A stretch of 43,211 nt of DNA, from NCBI GenBank assembly GCA_032718475.1, contig JAUCBJ010001684.1:1-43211 (forward strand), given 5' to 3'. A program made the translations under genes and the position numbers. Numbering within the stretch: the first letter of the stretch is position 1; every line of letters starts with the position of its first letter. Below the pieces are notes generated by a model. The model did no database searches, was not told where the DNA came from, and worked only from the letters and a program-made list of their open reading frames with translations. The DNA is from Nemertoderma westbladi (lineage: Eukaryota > Animalia > Xenacoelomorpha). Below, piece after piece: positions 1-12,091 of the stretch.

Positions 1-2050
1 GTTTTACTACGCTGGGAAATTACAGTGGAGAATAATAACAATATAATATCCGCAGAGTATAATAATAATAGAGTACTAGTAGTATATTAATATCTTAAAA
101 TGAAAATGAAAACTGAACCAAAAGCTATTTGTGATTAAATTGTGAAAATGGTAACATCCATTAATGTAGAGAATATTATTCTCTACACACTACACCGACC
201 TTTACTATGTTTTAATTCATAAAAACATATACGTAATTTGTTTGGCCTAAAATGATAATTGACTGTATATGTCCGTGTGTGTAAGTACCGGTATGTAGCA
301 TATAAAAAACATCAGTGTAAGACTGTAAGATAGGATTATGGGTGGATTAAGCGATGCGTGATCCAACCAGCCAATTATGTCAGTGACATATGGCAAAGAG
401 AGACATACAGATTAGAAGCCCGTATAACCACTATTTAATACGCTGTGAACGCAGCTGGTAGAGTTGCCAGCAGCTACGCTAGCTGAATCTATACAACCCC
501 ATGTCCCCATCTCCATTTCGGTTCATCGATGCTGGATGCCTGGACGGGCGGCCAATGGTGTCCCGTTAGATGGGATGAAAGCCCGCCCATTGCCTTTCTC
601 AGGGCTGCTGTTGTGACAAAAGAGATTTTACGCAAATAACAATCCCGGGGGATACCAACTACGGGTAATGAAGGCCGACAATTTGTTTAACTAATAGAAT
701 AGGCCGCGCATCAAAAACCTCTCAACGCCAACTTCGGACGAACGCATAGGAAATTAACGGAATGGAACGATATCATTACTGCAACAAATAGTTCGGTTCA
801 CATATCTAGCAATACAATACAATACTGTTAACACAATGCAATAAAATTCAGAATTCATTTTTTTTTTGAATTTGGGTTATATAAACAACATTATTATTGT
901 AGTCTGATTAGCCGCGCCGCTTTGAACAAGTTGAGGATTTACGGTGCCTTGACCGACCGATGTAATACGATGTACCTAAATATCATCAACACACACGAAT
1001 TTCATTATCCGATCGCACAGGCGCTGTGAATATCATTAGAGATTCATTATAATGGAAGAGTTATGCCGTTAGGAAACCGGATATTAACTAATTATAGCGG
1101 CTCAGTTGAAGGAAATCGCCTTGTATATTCCCATTTACTAACTAGTTAGAATTGTAGGATAAGGAAAATAGATCCAAAGCAAAAATATTATTTACAAATA
1201 AATTTAAAACAAAAATGAATCACAATGACATACTGTAACGTCAAAGATTAACTATAACAAACGCAATTAGAAAGCTACTCACAATCGTACATCGATTGGG
1301 ATTGGGATTGGCTGTGTCAATTCCGTTAAGATTGTAATGGAGGTGGACATACTATGTTCGTTCATGTACTAGTAAGAAGTATACAGTATAGAGAAACATT
1401 GAACATGAAATGGTGACTCTCGTCTGACTAAAGAATTATTATCAAGGCGAGAAGAAATACCACTTATGAAGGTTGATTAAGCAAAGTGACAGTTGTAAGA
1501 TTGTCGCAATTCGCAGGGAAAGCAAAAGCTAAATGTTCAATCGTAATGCATATGACCTCGGGAAGACCAAAGTAAGTGGACAAAGGGCAGGCCTTCGGTT
1601 GTTATAAATCATTCAAGGTCAAACAATGCGAAAGCCAGGGTAATTGGACGGCCACTAATAAAGGAAAGCAACCAGCCGTGTGTAGTAACCGTTGTTGGCT
1701 GGCACCGCTTGCAGCTACTGGCGTACCGGTACACACACGACTTGTATCAGCACATCAAATAATCACACGGGATCTGGAGATTGCGCGATTCTAATCATTT
1801 CGCATCCGGGGGGTGTGTTAAAGGGGCAAAGGGGCAAAGGGAGGATAGGATGCGATGATATAATAGCAGCCAACGTGGAGAGAGTAAATCACCCAATCAT
1901 GCACAACCCACACAACCTCACAAACTACCTATAAAGTACTACAACTAACACTATACCGTAGACAGCCTCCCGGCAAATGTTTATGGGTGAAATTGAAATT
2001 CAATGACCATTCTTCAACCTAACCCTAGTTACTAGTTAGTATCTATTTAC

Positions 2051-2340
2051 CAGATGTGTGTGGGGGGGGGAGGGGGGGGGGGGGGGACTTTCGATGCAAT
2101 CAAAATTCATCCCTCTCCAGGGAAAATCGACGCAAATAACAGCTGATTACTCCTAAAAATTAAACTGTAACCTGTTCTATTGACTTTTGTTTATTACTTA
2201 ACTTTAGTGCCACTGTAACCTACTCATTTCCCTAAATTGGTAATTTAACATTGAGAAGAGATATTAATTTGTCGAGATGGGATTTGCGTCAAATCGCCCC
2301 GCCCCCACACCTCCCCTCCCCCTCCCACCTTCCCTTATCC
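2051..2340. mobile_element. Second, diverged copy of the 9768-10034 element
   Basis: Shares AAAATTCATC..TCCAGGG, GCAAATAACAGCTGATTACTC, AAACTGTAACCTGTTCTATTG, GCCACTGTAACCT, AATTTAACATTG and AGATGGGATTTG in the same order, between poly-G and poly-C. No TSD seen. Confidence 0.7.
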
Positions 2341-2448
2341 CATAATGCGAATATTTATAGTATATTTTAAAAACGAGGAAATTCGTTTGTATAGTTTGCT
2401 TGTCTGTTCGTCTCGGTTGTACTATATTATACTCAGCCTATAACCCAC

Positions 2449-2698
2449 CTGTGTCGACTGTATGTTGCCTCCGTTGTTGAGTCCGTTGATACTATTGTTC
2501 GTGCTTCTCCGCCCCTTCCCGTTCGTGGTTCTCAGCTTGACCTTGCCCGCCACGGTATCCGTGGATCCACTGGCCGCCCCGTTGCTACAGCTACCGTTGT
2601 ACCCGGGTGCGGAAGCGGCGGCTGTACCCGACCTTGTCGTACGTTTCGCACGTCCGTTCGACCGACTTTCATAGTCCGACGCCGGGGACTCGCAAAAC
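2449..2698 (-). CDS. ZNF608: ZNF608/ZNF609/brakeless-like gene, coding exon (250 nt, phase 2 to 0)
   Basis: Acceptor GATCTTTTAG| and donor CAG|GTGGGT. Translates (R)FCESPASDYESRSNGRAKRTTRSG...NNGGNIQSTQ, completing WAPPR-FCESP. GC-rich relative to its flanks. Confidence 0.93.
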
Positions 2699-4681
2699 CT
2701 AAAAGATCAATAAAAGTCGCATAAAATCGACCTTTTATAATAAATAAATCTAAAAGATTAAAAGGCCCCCAAAACGATTAATGTTAAATAAAAGTGATTC
2801 CAAATATTAATTAAAGATTACTTAATCCCTATATTAATATAGGTTATTAACTTATATTATTTTGATTTATCTTTACATTTTAAAACGTTTGATTGGGCCG
2901 AGAACAGGGTTGGGAAATTACAATGCTTGGTTGGAGTAGGACATGCAACGCGAAGACAATGGAATATTGTCACCCATGGAGAGAATAATGGGTCAAGTTA
3001 TGAGCCGCCTTAATGTATATAAAACTAAAGATATATCCTCGGGTGAGAAACCATTTCATATAAAAGATAAAAGGCTTTACAAAGGGCTATAATTATGTTC
3101 AGAACAAACACTTAATGGTCTTTACAAAGGAACAGCGTCGGCCAAGAACTGAGCTGTGACTATATGTATGAATGGTTAACGGACGGACTATATAATGATA
3201 TATCCGTTTGCCAGAATTAGCGACTGTTATACTGTTTACAATGCGTTAATAAGGATTTGAATTATCAGAGTTATCATCAAACATGCGTGAGACGTTCATG
3301 ATGTCAATGAGCGGAACACTATATGAGAGGTACAGTTGAGAAACAATAGATCCTTGGGCACAGTCATATGCATCGCTGTTTATTTCGAAAATGTTATCCA
3401 TTTTTAAAACTTAAATCCCACAGTCAAGGCTTTAAATAAGTCAGTTCTACTCTATAAAGCTGCTGCTAATGAAGGCTATTCGAATATTATTTTATAATTG
3501 ATAATATTTTCGACGAAAGTACATATATCCCGAGTGACGCCTGGGTTTCAGCATTCGGCCATCTTCTAGTCTGGTCGGTGAGTTTACCTGGATACATCGG
3601 TGTATTAGGTAGATTCATTATACAGCGGACGACCAACTATCATCTACACTCCATTAATATCGAACTATTATATTCCCGAGGCCGCGCATTCAATGTATAA
3701 GTACCACTTTTGGGCGGCTCACATCAAAAAAATACGAAATATTTTCCATAAAAATAAATGGAATATTCTGGGCGTTTTAGTTGAAAAGGCTTCTCTTGCT
3801 GATTGATATAAACATTTGGTGTTCCCCCGATAAAGTAACAATATATGAATGAGTGTAAATAATTGGATTTTATATTAGATTAGTCGCCACTCAATGGTGA
3901 TTAATCTGGAGAAAATGAGAGATCAAGAAAGAACTGAATTACACGAGATATTTCCCAATAACAACAATACACATAGCTGAACCGGAGATGCGGGGTTGTA
4001 ATACTCGGTGTCAATGGCAATCATTTAACAACGCCGTTTATAAGATACGAACAATGATCTAAGTCAATTACTGTATAGCGAACGATCCCAATTACTGTCG
4101 CTCGTTAGCCTGATTGGGGTTAGGAAAGCAATACAGAGGGCCTATAATACCCCCCCCCCCCCCCCCCCCGCGCTCACAGGAGCAGGAGCCCCACCAAACA
4201 AAGGTCGAATATAGAGTCAATCATTCTATGGACTCAGAATTTGAACCAAAACTGCAGTACAAAGTGGAAAGGATTTGAGACGAATCAACTCAGACCCATC
4301 TCCCAGGCATCAGGACCCAACAATGCTCTAAATCTCTATTCTCTATACACTATACTACTTTATATACTGATACTCACACATATTGGATTGTTACCCAAGA
4401 TAAGGAGCACAATGAGTAAGTATAAATAAATACGAGTATCATAACATTGTGAATATACATACTAGCGGGTAAAGTTGTACTTTGCAGCGTGCTGATTCGA
4501 GTTGTTTGTGGCACGAACGAATATTGTGGCACGAACAAATACAGGTAGTGAGAACGAGGATAAAAAACACTCAATTATTATGCTTCTTTGCAAAAACTAT
4601 ACAGTAATATTCCAAAATTGTAAAATTACAAAACGACTGCGAATATAAAACTCCATATAATGCTACTGTACCTTCCGCGCT

Positions 4682-4870
4682 GGGGACGCAGCAAACTTCG
4701 CCCGCGAGCAATCTTAACCCTCAAAATGAGTGTTAACAACCTCGTTTATTGTTCTTGTTAGAAAAATTCGTCTCTGTAACCTATCGTGTCTGTAACCTGC
4801 TCCTTTCCCCCAATCGGGCGAAGGTTGGACGCGGGCGAAGATTTCCCGCGGGCGAAGATTGCACCCAACC
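4682..4870. mobile_element. Small MITE (189 bp) with subterminal inverted repeats and 8-bp TSD
   Basis: GCAAACTTCGCCCGCG versus CGCGGGCGAAGATTGC (GGGCGAAG occurs three times), flanked by TCCGCGCT at 4674-4681 and 4871-4878. Confidence 0.7.
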
Positions 4871-5024
4871 TCCGCGCTACCGGTTACAATAACTGTAGCT
4901 TCTAGCTACATCTGATACATCGGAGGCAGACAGTCAGTCAGCTTACAGCTTCTGTGTTTGAATATGAAGTTAAGTTCCTTGTTACTTCTCTATAGAATGT
5001 ACTGCTACTGCTGTAGCACTCAGA

Positions 5025-7166
5025 GTCACGCGAACACCAACAAATCGTATTACAAAAGACGGTCACGCGAACACCAACACATCGTATTACACAAGACGGT
5101 CACGCGAACACCAACAAATAGTATTACACTCTACGGTCACGCGAACACCAACAAATAGTATTACACTCCACGGTCACGCGAACACCAACAAATCGTATTA
5201 CACTCCACGGTCACGCGAACACCAACAAATAGTATTACACTTACACAAGACGGTCACGCGAACACCAACAAATCGTATTACACTCTACGGTCACGCGAAC
5301 ACCAACAAATAGTATTACACTCTACGGTCACGCGAACACCAACAAATCGTATTACACAAGACGGTCACGCGAACACCAACAAATAGTATTACACTCTACG
5401 GTCACGCGAACACCAACAAATAGTATTACACTCCACGGTCACGCGAACACCAACAAATCGTATTACACTCCACGGTCACGCGAACACCAACAAATAGTAT
5501 TACACAAGACGGTCACGCGAACACCAACAAATCGTATTACACTCTACGGTCACGCGAACACCAACAAATCGTATTATCCCCGTCACGCGAACACCAACAA
5601 ATCTTACTACACTCCATAATGGCCACGCGAACACCAACAAATCGTACTACACTCCATAATGGCCACGCGAACACCAACAAACAGGTATTGCACAAGACGG
5701 TCACGCGAACACCAACAAATCGTATTACACTCCATAATGGTCAAGCGAATACCAACAAATCGTATTACACTCCACGGTCACGCGAACACCAACAAATCGT
5801 ATTACACTCTACGGTCACGCGAACACCAACAAATCGTATTACACTCCATAATGGTCAGGCGAACACCAACAAATTGTATTACACTCCATAATGGTCAGGC
5901 GAACACCAACAAATCGTATTACCCCCGTCACGCGAACACCAACAAATCGTATTACACTCCATAATGGCCACGCGAACACCAACAAACAGGTATTGCACAA
6001 GACGGTCACGCGAACACCAACAAATCGTATTACACTCCATAATGGTCAAGCGAATACCAACAAATCGTATTACACTCCACGGTCACGCGAACACCAACAA
6101 ATCGTATTACACTCTACGGTCACGCGAACACCAACAAATCGTATTACACTCCATAATGGTCAGGCGAACACCAACAAATCGTATTACACTCTATGGTCAC
6201 GCGAACACCAACAAATCGTATTACCCCCGTCACGCGAACACCAACAAATCGTATTACTCTCCATAATGGCCACGCGAACACCAACAAACAGGTATTGCAC
6301 AAGACGGTCACGCGAACACCAACAAATCGTATTACACTCCATAATGGTCAAGCGAATACCAACAAATCGTATTACACTCCACGGTCACGCGAACACCAAC
6401 AAATCGTATTACACTCTACGGTCACGCGAACACCAACAAATCGTATTACACTCCCATAATGGTCAGGCGAACACCAACAAATTGTATTACACTCCATAAT
6501 GGTCAGGCGAACACCAACAAATCGTACTACACTCCATAATGGCCACGCGAACACCAACAAACAGGTATTGCACAAGACGGTCACGCGAACACCAACAAAT
6601 CGTATTACACTCCATAATGGTCAAGCGAATACCAACAAATCGTATTACACTCCACGGTCACGCGAACACCAACAAATCGTATTACACTCTACGGTCACGC
6701 GAACACCAACAAATCGTATTACACTCCATAATGGTCAGGCGAACACCAACAAATCGTATTACACTCTACGGTCACGCGAACACCAACAAATCGTATTACC
6801 CCCGTCACGCGAACACCAACAAATCGTATTACACTCCATAATGGCCACGCGAACACCAACAAACAGGTATGCACAAGACGGTCACGCGAACACCAACAAA
6901 TCGTATTACACTCCATAATGGTCAAGCGAATACCAACAAATCGTATTACACTCCACGGTCACGCGAACACCAACAAATCGTATTACACTCTACGGTCACG
7001 CGAACACCAACAAATCGTATTACACTCCATAATGGTCAGGCGAACACCAACAAATTGTATTACACTCCATAATGGTCAGGCGAACACCAACAAATCGTAT
7101 TACCCCCGTCACGCGAACACCAACAAATCGTATTACACTCCATAATGGTCACGCGAACACCAACGA
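5025..7166. repeat. Intronic minisatellite, ~37-bp unit GGTCACGCGAACACCAACAAATCGTATTACACTCTAC (33-40 bp variants), roughly 55-60 copies
   Basis: Directly visible tandem array. It produces the repetitive TRTPTNR / HANTNK / SREHQQ ORFs. Confidence 0.98.
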
Positions 7167-8848
7167 ACCTTTTTAGGATTACAACCTGAACTTAATTGCC
7201 GAAGGTCCGGCTTAAAATTATCCCGCAAAACACCTATGGTAGAATCCCACAGGATACAACGACCATGTGGGGTTGGGTTTTAGTAATAATTCATGAGCAA
7301 TATATCAACGATGTGGCACCATGTGTTACACAATAGATTATTGTGCACAACGGGGAGTTATTATAGGATCAAATTATCTTTACGATATGACAAGGAAGCC
7401 GTGCAACCTTATAGATTAATAAAGCCGCTTCTCGTTACAACAAGAACTTAAAATAATTTTGTGATAATAACTCCGCCTACGAATTAATTGCTTAATTTCA
7501 GAAGAACCATAAATCCTTATAAACATCGAACAATAGTGGACGCCAAGGAAACTTATTAGGTTATTTGTTGTTATTTGTCGGATACGACACCCAGAAGGGG
7601 TCGAACCTGGGATCTACTCTACAGGTTAAGAGTCTAAGATTCAGCAGATATGTGTGAGGGGAGATCGCGTCTTGTCCTTGTGGAAGAAAAGCACAGAAAA
7701 TTTGATTTCCAAAAACTGTTATTTTTCTAAGAAATCGAAGAGCTAACAACAGAGTTCTATTGAACAAATTAAGATGACCGCTTATTCTGTTTTTGCAATT
7801 GGTCAAATAACAACATCCAATCGTTCAGCCAGAATTAAGACATTTAAACTGAAAAAAATGTATCATAACGCTGTCAAATTAGAAACACTGGTTGATGGGC
7901 CAAAGCATTTACCGTGCCCGCGATATTAGGTTCGTGTTAGTCGGACAAAATTGGAAACAGAGGTTAAAATCTATCCGAAATGAGGAGGGGGAGGAGGGAG
8001 GCCACTCCTAAAATATTCCAATTCAACGCGGATAATGCAACTAGCCGGGATAATTAGAGATTTGGAAGCTGGCCGGGGAAGGCGATAAACGCCTTGAGCG
8101 AAGAGGGAATAATCACAATGTGGATAGCAGAAGCTGCATTACCGACTTGATTAATCGAGACCAAACTAACGCCGAGGTAGTCCAAGGTTCGGTTCGGGAT
8201 ATCCTTATTTCAGCCGACCCAATTGGCAACCTCCTCACAATTCGAGAATGTCCCTGGTGATTGATTTTTCATGGGGAATGCATCTCCAATTATAGCATAT
8301 AGCGGTCGCGTCCAGGTCCAATACCATTTGACTCCCTGAAGTTGCCCACAACCGCACGCACTCAAGTTGGGCCAAGAGTAAGGGTTCTATCCAATAACGC
8401 TAATTTACTGCATCTGTATGTGAGCTAGGTACGATATTAAATATAAGTCGGGATAACAAATACACAACCGCTAAAACTTGTTCATTAAATGAAGCTGAAG
8501 ACTTCAACTACTCTATATAGCGTAAGGGATGTGGCAATAAATCATAAGGAAGCTTAGTAAACGGATTTCCTTAGTTCCTCGCGTGGAAATGAGAGCAACA
8601 ATAAATCATATAAGGATTTAATGCACACTGGTATAAGGAAGAGGGAAACGGTATAGGAAACTGAGCTGCAACTGCATACCGGTATATATATGTTGTATAT
8701 AATAGGAGGGTATGAAAATTAATTAGATATAAGAATAAATATTAAATTTCTAACAAAAAATATGCTTATTTCTCTGTTATGAGTGCGTTTGGTCTTACCT
8801 TGTAAGATCACCAACCTAGAACCTAGTGCCCACTCGCATTGTTCTTAC

Positions 8849-8936
8849 CTTGGAGGTGCCCACTCATGTTTGCTGCAATCCATCAAGGTCCCCACGTATG
8901 TCTTATTTCTCCAGGTAACATTTACGACCAAAATAC
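8849..8936 (-). CDS. ZNF608: ZNF608/ZNF609/brakeless-like gene, coding exon (88 nt, phase 1 to 2)
   Basis: Acceptor TTTTGTTTCAG| and donor AAG|GTAAGA. Translates (G)[28 protein letters not shown](R), matching the family motif [28 protein letters not shown]. Confidence 0.97.
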
Positions 8937-9767
8937 CTGAAACAAAAGTTTAATCATTAATTACTATTATTTGTTGAAAGATAACGTTGGCCATCGTATA
9001 AACCACACACCACATCTACTATTCAATAGTTCAGGAAAATCTTCATTTTTTAGCTTGTAATCAGTGCAATGTATATATATACCGGTATACAACATCAAAT
9101 AAATTTAATTTAGGTTAGGTTAGTAAACGGTTGGTTGTGATATAATAATCTGCCATGATTCACGAATAAGCCATCACTATATTAATATCCCCTGCAAAGT
9201 GTTTTTAAACATAATATTTTTCATGACAGAACTGAAATAAGCCAATCCCTAATCCTGAAGCCTCATGTGTGGTTTGGCCAACCCGACATACATTCTCTCC
9301 GGAGCTTCTTATGAGTAACGAGTAAACGACAGCAGGCTGGACAGATTTGATTTACTCGAGGAGAGGGGCGGCGGTCACTGTTTGCCAGTACCGTGCTTCA
9401 AACGCAGTTGGACGAACAGCAAAGGGACCGGGCACAGTGCAATTGAGTGCCATGTGGCTGTAGGCTGTCTGCCTACATCTACAACAATACACAACACATC
9501 ATTAGTCAATTACAATGGACCACAATTCTGGGGAATGGGATTGTTATTATTAGGATTTCAGTGTAGGACTGCAGAGAATATCTGCAAATTGACGCAGAAT
9601 ACTGAAAAACTACAATATTCTAAAATCGCACACCCTAAGACTACCTCCGCAACCGCAATCAAACGTCAATATGTCGCCATATACACATTTTCAAGAAACC
9701 CTCCGGGCCTAGATAAAAAATAAGCTACGCAACGCTCACTCATGCATGTTGGATTATGTAAAATATA

Positions 9768-10034
9768 CAGATAGGAGGGGGGGGGGGGGGGGGGGGATAA
9801 AATAATGGGACGCAATAAAAATTCATCTCTTTCCAGGGGAAATTGGATGCAAATAACAGCTGATTACTCTTAAAAATCAAACTGTAACCTGTTCTATTGT
9901 GATTAGTTTATTGTTTTGGTTAAAATATCGCGCCACTGTAACCTGCTCCTTTCACTAAATTGAGAATTTAACATTGGGGCGGGATATTAATTCGCCAAGA
10001 TGGGATTTGGGTCCAGTCCCCCCTCCCCTGTCTC
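9768..10034. mobile_element. MITE with G-rich/C-rich ends and 8-bp TSD
   Basis: Ends CAGATAGGAGGG and CCCTCCCCTGTCTC, flanked by AAAATATA at 9760-9767 and 10035-10042. The interior aligns by eye with 2095-2300. Confidence 0.7.
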
Positions 10035-10777
10035 AAAATATATATACAAAAAAGGGTATGACAGCAACAGTTGCCCCATCGCGATCACTGGCTCTCAATT
10101 AGCGATCGCTCCTCCTACATTTCTGGCAAAAAGCAAAGACGGATTGATGCTCTATACAAGATATGGGAGTAGATGGGGGCAGCATGAGGCTGCATTAAGT
10201 ACCTCAAGGTATTGTAATCTAATTGAGGCCGAGTTGTTGCCTGTCGGGATTATAATGAGTGGGGAGCTATACGGGGACTTGTTTGGGAAGGAAATTAAAG
10301 GCGATATCTGCGGGGGATTATTATACCAGTACCAGTAGCCAGATAGATGCAACTCTACGTGAGGGTATATGATACGACCCGACCTAGCTCCCCAAACTAT
10401 AATTGTTTTCTGTATCCACTGAAAATATATCACGAATGAGCCCCGAGCGTGTAAGTCCATTCGGCATATAAAAAAAATACATATTGAATTGATAATAAAC
10501 AACACATTATATTGTGATGTTGTTGTTAATGAATACAAAATCCGGTCACGTCAGTTAGTGAGTCAGTGTGTGTCCAGAATAAATAGAAGAATTACTGATA
10601 AACGGGTAACCGTGACATAATTAATTAGTCAATTAATTATAAAAATATAATATCCTGGAATGTCTTCATTCATAGTGACACAAACCACCTCCTCTCTCCT
10701 CCGATATTTTGTCCAGGCCAATCTGATATAAGTCCGGGCTATATTCCAGAACAATAACAACTTTTAACATAACTTAC

Positions 10778-10937
10778 CTCCTTCTGTCTCGTGCCATACT
10801 ATTCCCTCCAGTTGCACTGTAGTGCCGGGCTCACAGGGGCCCAGACATTCCGGTTCAGTCATGGTTGCCATCGAAGTCGTCATCACTCCAATCGTTCGAC
10901 GCGAAGTGAGTCCTGATGTACTGCCACAATTGGAAGT
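10778..10937 (-). CDS. ZNF608: ZNF608/ZNF609/brakeless-like gene, coding exon (160 nt, phase 0 to 1)
   Basis: Acceptor TTTTGATTTAG| and donor GAG|GTAAGT. Translates [53 protein letters not shown](G), the family motif [22 protein letters not shown]. Not in the ORF track. Confidence 0.96.
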
Positions 10938-12091
10938 CTAAATCAAAATAATACACGCGAAATTAATAAATATACCGCTACGCACTCATCTCATATTAGA
11001 AATGAAACGTCCTACTACAAAGAAACACCATAAGTAAATCGATAGTGATATCCTCTGAATTCAATTATACTGCAGTTTCAGTAGAGCCTTACAGAACACC
11101 CAACATAGCTTCGATACACAAACGTAATACTTTTCTAAAGGGAGTGATCATGAAATGTATGACTTACAATTGGGGGGGGGGGGGGGGGGGGGGGGGGGAT
11201 AACCATATGATAAAAACTGGTGCCAGAGCTGCCTGGCCACTAAATATGACCAAAATAACAAATCTAAACATCCTCAGAATCAAATTATTGTTTAAAATAA
11301 CACCAAAGTACATTCTCAATATACTATGCCGTCTATACATGTTGACCTCATACATTCTCACTCTCCGAACCTGAGGAACTTATAACCGGTGACCAATTCC
11401 CCAATCCCTGTTACAGGAATGACACATTCATATAGACAATAAAAATACCACACTCACCCTCAAACTCCCAAAATAAATAGACCAACCGTCTACAAAGAAG
11501 ATGTATTGTATTATACGGAAGGAAGAGCAAATTTGGTCCTCACCTTCTATACAGGCAGGTTTTGTCATATATAGAGAGGAAACTGGTCTCACAAAGCACA
11601 ACTAATTACCATATCTTTGCATATATATTACTAGGGATTCAGTACGAAATGGGAACCCAAATGGCTCCAACACAAGCCAACTGTGCCCAAAGCGCTGTGG
11701 GGTATGTAGGGACAACAATGGCATAGTAAATTAAAATGAAACCAGGTCGACAGCGTACGCGCTGCAGTGGAGCTACACAGTTGACGAGATGTGAGTACAC
11801 TGATGTGCTAAGAATACAAACGAGTTGAAGCCAAGGGGATAGGGAATGGGACGCACTATAGTTCCACTTACTCTCCTCTCCTATATAGCAAGTTGATATA
11901 TGAGAGATAATGATGTATGGAGTAAGTGCGTCCTCTTATGGAAAACAGTGAATGCAACAAATCAAATAGATTCAAACTTATACTTATATAATTACCAAAC
12001 ATGCGTTACATGGAGCAGGCAGTGTTTAAAATTTTTGAAAATGAGAAACTTTTGACCTGGTGTATCATCCATGTTGAGTTGTCCTGCTTGC

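Noticed and set aside
2462-2674. Plus-strand hydrophobic ORF, and plus-strand ORFs at 21757-22114
   Set aside because: Antisense shadows of real minus-strand exons.
3042-3060. GEKPF zinc-finger linker-like codons on the + strand
   Set aside because: No Cys/His finger pattern around it; chance match.
5619-7145. Overlapping repetitive ORFs, also 12505-12711 and 40309-40868
   Set aside because: They are translations of tandem repeats in several frames and on both strands.
5025-7166. CRISPR-like array (constant ~29-bp core with variable linkers)
   Set aside because: Linkers are only a few nt long and recur many times, there are no cas genes, and the context is a eukaryotic intron.
7590-7675. 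B-box-like GGTTCGACCCC on the minus strand, possible tRNA gene
   Set aside because: No cloverleaf could be built; at most a decayed SINE head.
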